The position numbers were made by a program, and so were the translations under genes. Of a stretch of 64,000 nt of DNA, positions 1 to 11,010 are shown piece by piece. The number at the start of each line of letters is the position of its first letter. Position 1 is the stretch's first letter. Below the pieces are notes generated by a model. The model ran no database searches and had not been told where the DNA came from. It was given only the letters and a program-made list of their open reading frames with translations. Source of the DNA: Chiloscyllium plagiosum (Eukaryota); the NCBI RefSeq assembly GCF_004010195.1, contig NC_057715.1, positions 58,073,274 to 58,137,273 of the forward strand. Direction: 5' to 3'.

Positions 1-427
1 TCCCAACGGTACAGATCCCCCCGGTTCCAAAACTGATGCCAATGCCCCATGAAGTGGAATCCCTCTTTCCCACACCAATCCCTTAGCCACGTGTTTACTT
101 CCCTAATTTTCTTATCCCTATGCCAATTGGCACGTGGCTCTGGCAGTAATCCGGAGATTATGACTCTTGAGGACCTGTACTTCAATTTCCTTCCTAGTGC
201 TTGGTAATCTCCAAACAGGTCCTCCACCCTAGCTTTGCCTATGTTGTTAGTCCCAACGTGAACCACAACAACTGGATCCTCCCCCTCCTGCTCCAATATC
301 CTTTCAAGCCGGTCCGAGATGTCCCGCACCCTGGCACGGGGCAGGCAACACATCATGTGGAATCCTGATCCGGCTTGCAAAGGATACTATCTGTCCCCCT
401 AATTATAGAATTCCCTATAACAACTAG
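1..427 (-). mobile_element. CR1-clade LINE ORF1 fragment (SGNH/GDSL esterase domain)
   Basis: Minus-strand translation, with one frameshift: LVVIGNSIIRGTD...CCLPRARVRDI...PVVVVHVGTNNIG...VIISGLLP...HWHQFWNRGDLYRW. These match the GDS and GxND blocks of CR1 ORF1 esterase. Confidence 0.88.
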
Positions 428-429
428 TT

Positions 430-1500
430 TCACAACATCTTTCCTATAGCAGGGAGACCAGAATTGGATGCAGTATTCCAAAAGTGGCCATCCAATGTCC
501 TGTACAGCCACAATACAACTTCCCAAATTAAGACAAGCATACCAAACACTATCCTGTCTACCTGGGACTCCACGTTCAAGGAACTATGAAACTACACTCC
601 AAGGTCTGTTTGTTTGGAAACACTCCCCTGGTCCTTACTACTAAATTTGCCCTGATTTGCCTTTCCAAAATGTAGCACCTCACATTTATCTGGATTAAGC
701 TCCATCTGCCCATCGGTCCATCTGATCAAGGTCTTGTTGTACTTGGAGGTAACCTTCATTACACAACCAATTTTGGTGTCATTTGAAAATTTTCTAACCA
801 TACCTTCTATATTCGCATTAAAATAATTTCTGTAAATGAAAAAAAAAGTGTACCCAGCACTGATTTTTGCAGTACACCACTGATCACAAGCCTCTTATCC
901 AAAAAACAACCCTCCACCACCACCCTCTGTCCATATTTCAATCCAATTTTGTATCCGATTGGCTAGTTCTGCTTGTATTCCATGTGATCTAATTTTGTTA
1001 ACCAGTCTACCATGTGGAACCTTGTTGAACGCCTTACTGAGTCCATATAGACAATGTCCACCACTCTATCTCATCAATATTGTTTGTCACTTAGAGTCGT
1101 AGAGTCATAGAGATGTACAGCATGGAAACAGACCCTTCGGTCCAAACCATCCATGCCGACCAGATATCCCAACCCAATCTAGTCCCACCTGCCAGCACCC
1201 GACCCATATCCCACCAAACCCTTCCTATTCATATACCCATCCAAATGCCTCTTAAATTTTACAATTGTACCAGCCTCCACCACATCCTCTGGCAGCTCAT
1301 TCCATACATGTACCACCCTCTGTGTGAAAAAGTTGCCATTAGGTCTCTTTAATATCTTTCCCCTCTCACCCTAAACCTATGCCCTCTAGTTCTGGACTAC
1401 CCCATCCCTGGGAAAAGACTTTGTCTTTTCTTTTCTTCAAAAACCCAAACAAGTTAGTGAGACATGATTTCCCACAAACAAAGACATGTTGATTATCCCT
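430..1500 (-). mobile_element. CR1 LINE RT fragment with a nested CR1 3' end (about 1092-1425)
   Basis: ORF 592-801 reads KFSNDTKIG...NPDKCEVLHFGKANQG. The nested piece carries the (GACTCTAT)n-type CR1 tail, seen as TAGAGTCGTAGAGTCATAGAG on the + strand. Confidence 0.85.
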
Positions 1501-2278
1501 AGGACTGCAGACCATTTTATTTTACCCCTTAAGGCTGGGGGCTTACAAATTGAAACATGAAAATGGTAGGGAGACTTTGAATGAATATATGTCGAACTGT
1601 TTTCATGGTAGGAGATTCAAAGAAAGCATTCCAAGTAGAAAAGCAGAAGAAATTGAAAAAGGAGAACTTAAAACAATCCTAGTCACTCAACAAAAATTGT
1701 AAGAAAACTAATGGGACTAGCATTTGGAAAGTCTCCCATAAATGATGGCCTGCAGTTTAGGAAAATAGTTGTTGCATTATGGTACAGATTCCAGACAGCA
1801 TAAGCATTGTAACTTTAAGATAGTTACACGATATCGCAACATGACATTCTTAAATAAAGGTACCCACCTTGCTTTCAGTGTGTCATGGAATCAGTGAAGT
1901 GAGTCAGTTCTGTATGTAATAAACAGTTACATCAGTAAGCATCGAAGTCAGACTGTGTGTGTAAATTTGTGATGTCATGCCATAAATATCTAGTATTATA
2001 AAAAAGCTTCAACATATCTGATTTAACAATAATTTTATTATATATGTTACATAGGCTAACATAAAAAAATCCTAAAAGCACACCATGGAATAAGTGGGCA
2101 CTAAAAGCTAATTATGGCAGCTAGTTAGAGGCAGGAATTGAGGACCGAAGCCCAAAAAGGTGACAGTAGCGTGACATCTGTGAAAGATTTTTTTAATAGT
2201 GATCCATCAATCTGTCCAGGTTCAGAGCTAAAGTTACAACTGTAACCAAAACTAAAAAAAGCTACAACCAAAACTAAA

Positions 2279-2592
2279 GGCACGGTAGGCAGCACGGTGG
2301 CACAGTGGTTAGCACTGCTGCCTCCCAGCACCTGAGACCCGGGTTCAATTCCCGCCTCAGGCGTCTGACTGTGTGGAGTTTGCACATTCTCCCCGTGTCT
2401 GCGTGGGTTTCCTCCGGGTCTCCGGTTTCCTCCCACAGTCCAAAGATGTGCAGGTCAGGTGAATTGGCCATGCTAAATTGCCCGTAGTGTTATGTAAGGG
2501 GTAAATGTAGGGGTATGGGTGGGTTGCGCTTCGGTGGGTCGGTGTGGACTTGTTGGGCCGAAGGGCCTGTTTCCACACTGTAAGTAATCTAA
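2279..2592 (+). mobile_element. HE1-type tRNA-derived SINE, near full length
   Basis: A box TGGCACAGTGG, B box GGTTCAATTCC, body TGTGTGGAGTTTGCACATTCTCCCCGTG...GGCCATGCTAAATTGCCC, tail TAATCTAAT. Many copies occur in the window. Confidence 0.93.
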
Positions 2593-2819
2593 TTCAAAAA
2601 AAACCTGCATTGAAATTGCAACCACAATTAAAAATTTAAATATTTAAATTGTCCTTCAAGAACTCTTAATAGAAAATGTGCTTAAGAACACTGATAAAGC
2701 ATTTTCTAAACTAAAAAGGCCTTACCTGTATCAAAACATCAGTCAATTCTGTCATTAGTTTTCTCAAAATTGTTTAAAATTGAAAAATACCATGTGACTT
2801 TAATTTTTTTTTGGTTCAA

Positions 2820-2833
2820 GTGCCATCTACAGG
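2820..2833 (-). promoter_or_regulatory. CTCF-like motif
   Basis: Minus strand CCTGTAGATGGCAC matches 13/14 positions of CCASYAGRKGGCRS and sits in AT-rich unique DNA. Motif match only. Confidence 0.35.
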
Positions 2834-3929
2834 CAAAACCTATGACTATAAACTATAACTTTTAAAGGAATAACAACATCTCATAATACAAAACAAATTA
2901 AAACTAAAAAAAAGTTTGAAAATTTTAAAAAATCTAAAAAATACAAAAAGAGAAAAGCAGCTAAAATAAATAAAAGACCCAGTAAAGTATTACACAGCAG
3001 TTCAGATTCTTATGCTTGCATCTTAATAACCATTACCAGGAAAAAGCGGGAAAATGGGGTTGAAAAACCTATCGTCCATGATTGAATGGTGGAGCAGAGT
3101 CAGTGTGCCAAATAGCCTAATTTCTGCTCCTGTGTCTTATGGTCTTATGGTCTAAAACAAAGCAGAAGCAAGATGGAAAGCAAACATCTGACAATCGTTT
3201 GACATACAATTGATATCCTATCAGAACTTCAGTTGCTTCAATAAAGGAGCAATCTTAACCTTACACACCAGCAAATATAACTGACAAAGAATAGTTAAGA
3301 CTCTTCTTGCTTTGGACAACATTTTATCGTGAAGAAAAGCATTTTCCAGTATTTCTGATAATGGCAGCAAAGATACTAACAACAGTTTTCTGATTTTAGA
3401 AGATCAACTTCAAGTTTGAATGAATTTCAGGATACATAGAGTGGGTTATATCAGCAACAACTAAGTGAAAGGATTGATCTATTCATAGGTAGATGTTGAC
3501 GTAAAGGTATGGAATATGTTTTCACTGAAACTAATTTAGCTTAAAGCCTTATAAAACTAGTTAATGCCTCTACACTCATTAAATCCTTCAGAAAAACACA
3601 TCTGTATAAACCTAGGAATATAACATTGACACTCCGCTAGAAAAAGGATGCATGTTTGAAGCAATTGTAGCAGGCCAGCAGTATCTCCAAGTGTTTGACT
3701 CTGGAAGAATTAGTATAGCCATCAAAGCAAGAAACATACCTCATCTGGTATGAGATCTGGCTCATCACACCACCAAGACTGTGTCCAGCATTTTGTGACA
3801 TGTGAAAGCTTTCCTCTACAAGAGGATATTGGGCTAAAATGTGTAAGAAATTCAATTGCCCAGAGAAGCTCAAAATGCAACATAATGTTCCACAGTAGCA
3901 TGTGAAGAAGAAACAACAAAGGAACAATG

Positions 3930-4120
3930 GGAGAAAGTGAGGACTGCAGATGCTGGAGATTAGAGTTGAGAGTGTGGTGCTGGAAAAGCACAGCAGGTCA
4001 GGCAGTGTCCAAGGAGCAGGTGAATCGATGTTTTGGGCATAAGCCTTTCATTTGGATTCGTCAATTCTCCTGTTCCTTGGATGCTGCCTGACCTGCTGTG
4101 CTTTTCCAACACCACACTCT
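3930..4120. mobile_element. Palindromic PLE-derived element, family A
   Basis: Inverted arms GTGGTGCTGGAAAAGCACAGCAGGTCAGGCA / TGCCTGACCTGCTGTGCTTTTCCAACACCAC; 16-bp direct repeat CAACAAAGGAACAATG at 3914-3929 and 4121-4136. Confidence 0.85.
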
Positions 4121-4243
4121 CAACAAAGGAACAATGCCAAAGAAGCCACCAAAGTTCTGTCTGTGGCAAATATGTCAATGACATCCAAAAGATACTACTA
4201 TGTTTTCGTTTACAGACTCCAGTCAGACAGTATATATAGAGAC

Positions 4244-4448
4244 AAGATTAGAGTGGTGCTGAAAAAGCACAGCAGGTCAGGCAGCATCTGAGGAGCAGGA
4301 AAATCGGTGTATTAGGCAAAAGTCCTTCATGGCTTGCCTGAAACATTGATTTTCCTGCTCCTTGGATGCTGCCAGGCCTGCTGTGCTTTTCCAGCACCAC
4401 TCTAATCGTGACTCTAATTTCCAGAATCTGCAGTACCCACTTCTGCCT
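4244..4448. mobile_element. Palindromic PLE-derived element, family A
   Basis: Same inverted arms as 3930-4120; the long arm ends in the family terminus CTGCAGTACCCACTT. Confidence 0.85.
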
Positions 4449-5224
4449 ATATAAGGAGCCTGGCATACCATATAGATGATGTCAGAAAAGCTGAAGTTCT
4501 TTATCACTATTTAAGTGATACAACAAAAGGAACAGACAACATGAACTATGTACCAACATTGACACTGGTCCAAGTAAAAATATCTTACATCTTACAAGAG
4601 ATATTCTCAGAAAATTGGAACAATTCGGTGCAATCTGCATTTGGTAAGCTAACTGCTTACAACAGGTCCAACATCTCATGGATTGGTATTATTCATCTTG
4701 CATGCCAAGTCATCTCCTCAGGATAAACACCTGAAACCTACTACATCTTTGAAACAGTTAGATTGATTGCTATTGGCCTAACAGCGTATTCACATATTAT
4801 CATGATTTCTGAGATAACCAATCCATCATTTGTAAGACTAAAGGTTCAAGACCACAACACTAAATCCATCCATCTCCTGACCAGCCTTTACCCAATCACA
4901 TTTGTTCCTCTTGGTAACATTAAAGGCAATGCAGTGTTACATCTGAAAGATGATGCTGGACCCAGCATTGGTCCTCCTCATTGTTGCAACATTCACTTTC
5001 AAGATATGCTCAAACTAGAACAGGATTTCAGAGTAGAAGACAATGTCAACTGGAAAGTCATACTGATTGGTGTACTTCCATTATTTCCTGTTTTGAAGAA
5101 AGGCAGCATTGTATGTTTAGATTGAAGGTGATTGAACAATAAAGAGTTACCCACACAAGATTCTTACCCACACAACACTTTACCTGCACTTCTCACAAAC
5201 CATTCTACTGTATTCACTGCTAAC

Positions 5225-5575
5225 AATGTAGTCTCCCCTGCACTGGGGAAACAAAATATAGACTAGGAGACTGTTTTGCAGAACTGGGGACCCTGCAGCC
5301 CTCTGGAGTCAATATTGAATTCAATAATCTTCGGGCCTGAACTCTCCCATGTCCTAGCCCCCTACCACACACACCAGGCCTCATTATCACATAGTCTGCC
5401 CTTACACACTACCTATTGTTAGTCACTAACAGTCTCCATTAGCAGTTATTCACCCTTCCAACCAGATTGTTATCAACTCCATTGTTTGTCCAACTGTTCT
5501 CTGTCTTTGGGCTCTATCCCTACCTATCGTTTACCCCTTACCTCTGTCCCCATTCTACCTATTGCATATAAACCA
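5225..5575 (+). mobile_element. Penelope-like element 3' fragment (GIY-YIG C-terminus plus 3' UTR)
   Basis: TGETKYRLGDCFAE (YIGETxRxLxxRFxEH motif) followed by LQPSGVNIEFNN, a typical PLE ORF end, then a C/T-rich UTR. Confidence 0.78.
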
Positions 5576-6599
5576 ATTGGAACAAGAACAGACTTAGCAG
5601 TTAGAAGAAGTAACTAGTAGAATTCCATGTAGTAGGATTCTTTCCAGGTTAATCTGCTTTTGAAGGTAAGCAAATAGAATTAGATAAGAACTGTAAGGTT
5701 CCTGGTAGGCCAAATGGTTGTCTTCTGTGATGAAAACATCCATACTCCTCTCTCTAATAATGTTATTGAAATAACTGATAAAACTGAACAGATGGTGAGT
5801 ATAAAATGTAACAATTAAGTGGAATGCTTAAATGGCAAACGGATCTTGAAGCAGACATCCATGTCAATAAATTGTACTGATGAATATTGGAACCGGAAAA
5901 GCAAAATGTGTGCTGTAAACAACTGTGCTGGGATCTGATTGTTCAGTTTATCCATACGGTGACATTGATCACACATCTGGTAAAATGTAGCTTTCACCTC
6001 AGTAAAAGAACTAATAGAAATGCTGCAATAAGTTGGTTGTTTTTTGTGTGTTTCATCCTGAGATATTTTGAATGGAGCATTGTGAGTTACGTTTAATAGA
6101 CTGAGCAGAATGACAAACATACCATGATCATGTGAAGCACTTTTCCTATGTGACTCTGGATCCCAATTTCAACTATTAATGAAAAGCTCACCCTCAACAT
6201 TTACCATTCTGTTGATCAAAAGTATATACATATTGATAATGACAGCACCAAAAGCCTCATCATAACAACCAGTACAGCTCCAGGAGAAAATCCATGACCC
6301 AATAATGAAAGACTGGACAATAAGTACAGTTTTACCAATGTCATCCATATCCTCAGAACTAGTAAAGTAAAATAAAGTTGTTTGGCCTGATTTTCAAATT
6401 TTCTGCACCTGTTCAAATTAAGATCAACAGCAGACAAAGTTTATGTATCTATTTTAACCAAATGATTAAGGCGCTAACTCATGCATGTCCAGAACCGAAC
6501 TCTGCTACTTAACACTATCAATGAGCCTGTACACAATAGGAAACCCCAATAACCTCCTTTGCCAGTCACCTGATGCAGGCAACTGCTCTTCCTAAAGGC

Positions 6600-7250
6600 A
6601 GGCTGACATTTAAAGGGAAGCTGCACAAAGAGTTTTCTGCAATGAACATTCCTGGAAACTGAATCCTAGGGGCATTAGTTGTGCAGGTGAACAGGAGATC
6701 TAAATAACCACATTGGGAAGGGAGTTGGAGCAGGCAGCCAAAAACATCAATTTCCATAGTCTGGCCTCAAGGTTCTGGCCACAGTGTTCCAGGAAATCCA
6801 TTAATCTCACAAGGGTTGCCGATGCCAGTGAATATATCATCGCATGGTATTATCTATCCACTACCAAATATATCTCTCCTTCTGCTCAATACATCACATC
6901 CACTCAGTACCAGTCCTTGACATTCAACATTCACACCTGCCATCCAGGTACTCCACTGCATCCTCAAGCAGCAGCAATGATACCAGCCTCAGACCAACCT
7001 CTCACTGCCTCCACATAGTTAGTTGACTGTGACAGGTACATCACCAAATTAGAGTGTTACACAATTACTGATGTCCTGCCCTCTCCTCAGAGGATACAGT
7101 GACATAAAATAGAAGGGAGAAAAGAGGAGCTGACGGGGGAGAACACAGAGGAGAGCACTGATAGGTGTGAAGCCCAACATGCTGGATGCATTGGCTGGCT
7201 AACAGGCAGTTTCCTATTAATGTCAAGGAACATCGAGGAGTCCAGGAACT
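6600..7250 (+). mobile_element. Harbinger transposon Myb/SANT (trihelix) ORF remnant, two exons
   Basis: ORF 6713+ ELEQAAKNINFHSLASRFWPQCSRKSINLTRV resembles W..VA..VN..S...RTW.QC.KKFNDL. After an acceptor CTCTCCTCAG (7090) comes DTVT*NRREKRGADGG, resembling the DK.AHNRRE...TGGG motif. Confidence 0.7.
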
Positions 7251-7600
7251 TGGCAGAGGAGATAATGTAGAGCATTTATGCCATTGCATGTGGATGAAGT
7301 CAAATGATTGATTCTATACCTGTTCAGCTTTACCTTGAACAAGTCACTTACTCTTGGCCATCCTGTGAAAATAGAACAAAGCTCTACCATATATGCAAGA
7401 ATCTGCCAAAATAGCTCCAAAAACATTCCAGAATACTTTCAAATCCATTGCCATACAGAGTGTTCAAAAATTTTAGATTAACTTCAAGCAGGGTGTTTGG
7501 TCCTTTAAGTAACAGTTTCTGGGACTGTGGAGCATTTACCTTTGCTGCAGGGTGCATCTTGTTGTTTCATCCCACTTTGTTCATTACTAAATATCATTTT

Positions 7601-7614
7601 GTTATCCTGGCAAC
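7601..7614. promoter_or_regulatory. RFX X-box-like motif
   Basis: GTTATCCTGGCAAC resembles the GTTNCC(A)TGGNAAC palindrome; unique DNA. Confidence 0.35.
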
Positions 7615-8671
7615 ATAGCAGCTGTGTGCCGCCAAGGAAGTTCAAAATGAATATGTTTCAGTGCAAACAGGGAATACACATTTCCCACCTCTGTCTACAG
7701 GGAATGAACATGTATTAAACAGGCAGCAGCTGGAGGTACAGCATGGATCCCAGGAAGCCCATGTTAAACTAACAGTGCTATGCAAATGAATTTTGCGCCA
7801 TAGCACTTTGTGTGCAAATTTGACCTTAATCTTTAAAGAGATCGACCTAGTGAGTTCAAGCACAACATTGGCAACAGATTTGTATAATGAACTTAATTGT
7901 GTGGTAGAAAAGAAAATTGAGTGATCTTTAAAATGGCTTGAACACAAATGTAAAATTAATTTGCCTTAACTAAGACTCAAGATTCATAAACACATATTCT
8001 TACCTAGCAATAAATATGTGGAATAAAGTCCCATTAAGTACAATTAATGCTGTATACACTCATTTCTAGTTGAATAACTGCTTGATTCAAAATAATACTC
8101 AAGGGCATAACTTTAAGCACAATCAGTGATGACTGAATTTAAATATTGTGTTGGACAAGATGATTTCAGTATTGCTGACAGCAAGGAATCATTATGCGGC
8201 ATACATGATGGGTGAAGATGTGGAGCTTGATCAGCATTCTGGAGTCATGGTTACTGCTCAACATCAGGAACAGATTATGCAGAATGTTACCTCAGCAACT
8301 CAAATAAATATGATACTCTCCTTAAGACAGTGCATTTTCTCTGAATGATTTATAAATCAGGAACAATAAGAATGAATTCCAAAGTGAGAATATTATTAGT
8401 CTCCTGATATTCTGAACATTAGGATGTATGCCTTTTGAATTTCCAATTATTATCTTAGGAAATATTCAGTTTATAAACTGATATATTCTAGTTTAAATTT
8501 GGCAGGGTAGTAAATGAAGTATAAACAATAAGATTACTAATGATGCATGATGCAAAATATGGATGAATAGTGTTCATTTTGTGAGTGCAGTGAATGGTTT
8601 TAAATGCCCAAAATGACATCTGTAGTATGAGCTGTACCAGACACTATATTGGTGAGAGACAAAAAGTCCTG

Positions 8672-8706
8672 AGTCCTGAAGAAGGGTTAAACCCGAAATG
8701 TTGACT
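8672..8706 (+). ncRNA. Minimal hammerhead ribozyme motif (PLE terminus, family C-like)
   Basis: AGTC-CTGAAGA-A-GGGT-TAA-ACCC-GAAA-TG-TT-GACT. Stem I is AGTC/GACT, stem II is GGGT/ACCC, and the CUGANGA and GAAA boxes are present. Confidence 0.65.
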
Positions 8707-8719
8707 TCTCCACCTCCTG

Positions 8720-11010
8720 GTTAAGATTAAAGACAATAAAGTGGCCCCGAGACCCTGGTGAATGGATCCCTTCATCCTTAAGGATAATAAGCTTGTGGAG
8801 TACATCTCTTTGGAATTTATGGCATGCCCAGACACTAATTCAGGCTTGGTTAGTAGCCTATCCCTCCTTTAGGAAACTGCCAAAGCCTATGCCAGGGGGT
8901 TAGTTATTTCCTACTCTGCCAGTAGGAAATGGCAGAAGGAAGTGAGCAGCAACATCTCCTTGAAGCACAGTTGAAGGCAGCCGAGAAGACGGAGCTTACC
9001 TTTGCAAAACAAAGTTTATATGAGCATGGTGACAAACCGGGCAATTACCTAGCATATCTCATCAGGAAAAGGAAAGCCCCTCAAGCCATTACTTCAACAA
9101 CGGAAGGGGTTGGGAACCTTACATGTGATTCCAAAAAGATTAATGAGGCATTTTGAGATTTTACTCTGAATTACACCAATCTGAGGGTTGTGAGGAGAAG
9201 TGGACCAAGATGGAATCCTTTTTTAAGGATCTGGACCTCCCAGGTGTGACCCCTGAACAAGAGTCTTTTTTCAATGCCCCCTTATCAGAGCAAGTTGTGC
9301 AGGAAGCCGTGAAAAAGCTACAGAGTGGAAAGGCGCCTGGTCCTGATAGACTTCCCAACAAATTCTGTAAGGAATTTATAAGCATATTGTCAGGCCCGAT
9401 GCTCAACATGTTCAATGACATGTATAGTCATGATCATCTCCTGCCATCTCTAAGAGAGGACAATATTTTGCTTAATCTTAAAAAAGGGCAGGTCCCAGAG
9501 GACTGTGCTTCTTACAGGCCCATTTCACTCTCAAATGTGGACTTTAAAATCCTCTCTAAGGCTCTTGCTTTAAGGCTGGAAACTGTTACCTTCTATTGTT
9601 AAAGAGGACGAGGAGGGCTTCATAAAGGGCCACAGATCCACCAAAAATGTTAGGAGGCTGCTTCATGTAATTCAAGCATGTCAACAACAGTCAATACAAG
9701 GATTGGTGATTTCTCTAGATGCAGAGAAGGCATTTGACTGTACCTTTTTTATACTCTCGAGTGGTTTGGCTTGGGTGAAGTCTTTGTAAGATGGGTAAAG
9801 GTTGTCTACAGTGACCCTCTTGCTGCAATCATCACCAATACGGGACTATCAAGCAATTTTAGCATTTTTAGTGGCAGCCGGCAGGGCTGTCCCCTTTCAC
9901 CATTGCTTTTTACATTGGCGATCGAACAGTTGGCAGAGGACATTCAGAGGGATCCCAATATATTGGTTCCAGAAGTGGGGTCAAAATTACATAAGATTTT
10001 GTTGTATGTGCACGATGTTCTTATTTTTATTGTCAAATCCAGCAGTTCTAGTATCTCGCCTGTTACAATGCATCAGCTTGTTTGGCACCTTTTTGGGGTA
10101 CAAGAGTAACTTTGCAAAAATCAGAGGCTGTGCCATTGGGTGATCTTACAAAGGTGCTAGGTCTTGAGCGTGAATCTCGATTCCCAGTTAAGTGGTCACA
10201 GGGGGGTTTTATGTATTTGGGCATATTCATCACTCCAGTTTTTGATCGGTTGTTTAAAGCTAATTTGGTTCAATTATTCGACAAAATCAAACAAGGCCTT
10301 CAAGGATGGAGGACGCTTCTGGTCGCATGGTTAGGTCAGATAGCGCTTATTAAGATGAATATTCTCCCCCGTTTGTTGTACCCTATACGGATGCTCCCCC
10401 TGCTTTTCGATAAGCAAATGTTCAGGAGACTGAACGGCTGATTCAGTTCTTATATTTGGCATTTTAAGCGGACTCTTATTAAATTAGCTAAACTGCAATT
10501 GTGTTGCAGATAGGGGGGAGTGGATCTCCCAGACATTAAAAACTATCAGCTTTGATCTTATATGAGTGATTGTGTTTGCGGAGAACCTCTTTCAATATGG
10601 TTAGATTTCGAAACCTCTCAGACAAAGTGCCCCCTTACTAGTTTGCTGGTTTTGGACAAAATGAGGACAGTTAAGGAATATTGACATAACTCAATAGTTA
10701 TCAATACTATTAAAGCGTGGAGTCCAATTTGGCAGCAGGAAGGCAATATTGGCAAAACATCTTTTCTTACACCTATAGTGGGTATGCTGTGTTTTCAACT
10801 GGGGATGATGGATTCAGGATTCAAGCATTAGGCAGCTAGGGGTGTGTCTTACATGGGAAATTTATTTGAGGGAGACACAATGTCTTTTGATCAGTTGGCA
10901 TGGAAATACGAGCTAGCAGGGACCTCTTTAATTTTTTTTCAATTTAGGGATTTTATTCAAAAAAAAGACTGTACTTTTGACTGATCCCTACAAATCTGAC
11001 AGAGAGGTCT
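8720..11010 (+). mobile_element. L1-clade LINE ORF2 pseudo-copy (linker plus RT), frameshifted
   Basis: YEHGDKPGNYLA; LQSGKAPGPD; YRPISLSNVDFKILSKALA; SLDAEKAFD; GSRQGCPLSPLLF; LYVHDV (decayed YADD); IALIKMNILPRLLY. Confidence 0.92.

Larger units (their letters stand above)
3170..5165 (+). mobile_element. Degenerate Ty3/Gypsy LTR retrotransposon: gag, protease, start of RT; interrupted by two palindromic inserts
   Basis: Gag-like MNFRIHR...ERIDLFIGRC*RKG; decayed zinc knuckle PPRLCPAFCDM*KLSSTRGYWAKMCKK (about 3770-3850); protease IDTG (about 4558); ORF 4763-5125 LHLKDDAGPSIGPP...KKGSIVCLD resembles the RT N-terminus. Confidence 0.8.

Noticed and set aside
2289-2360. tRNA-like sequence with A and B boxes
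   Set aside because: This is the head of an HE1-type SINE and continues into the SINE body and tail; it is not a tRNA gene.
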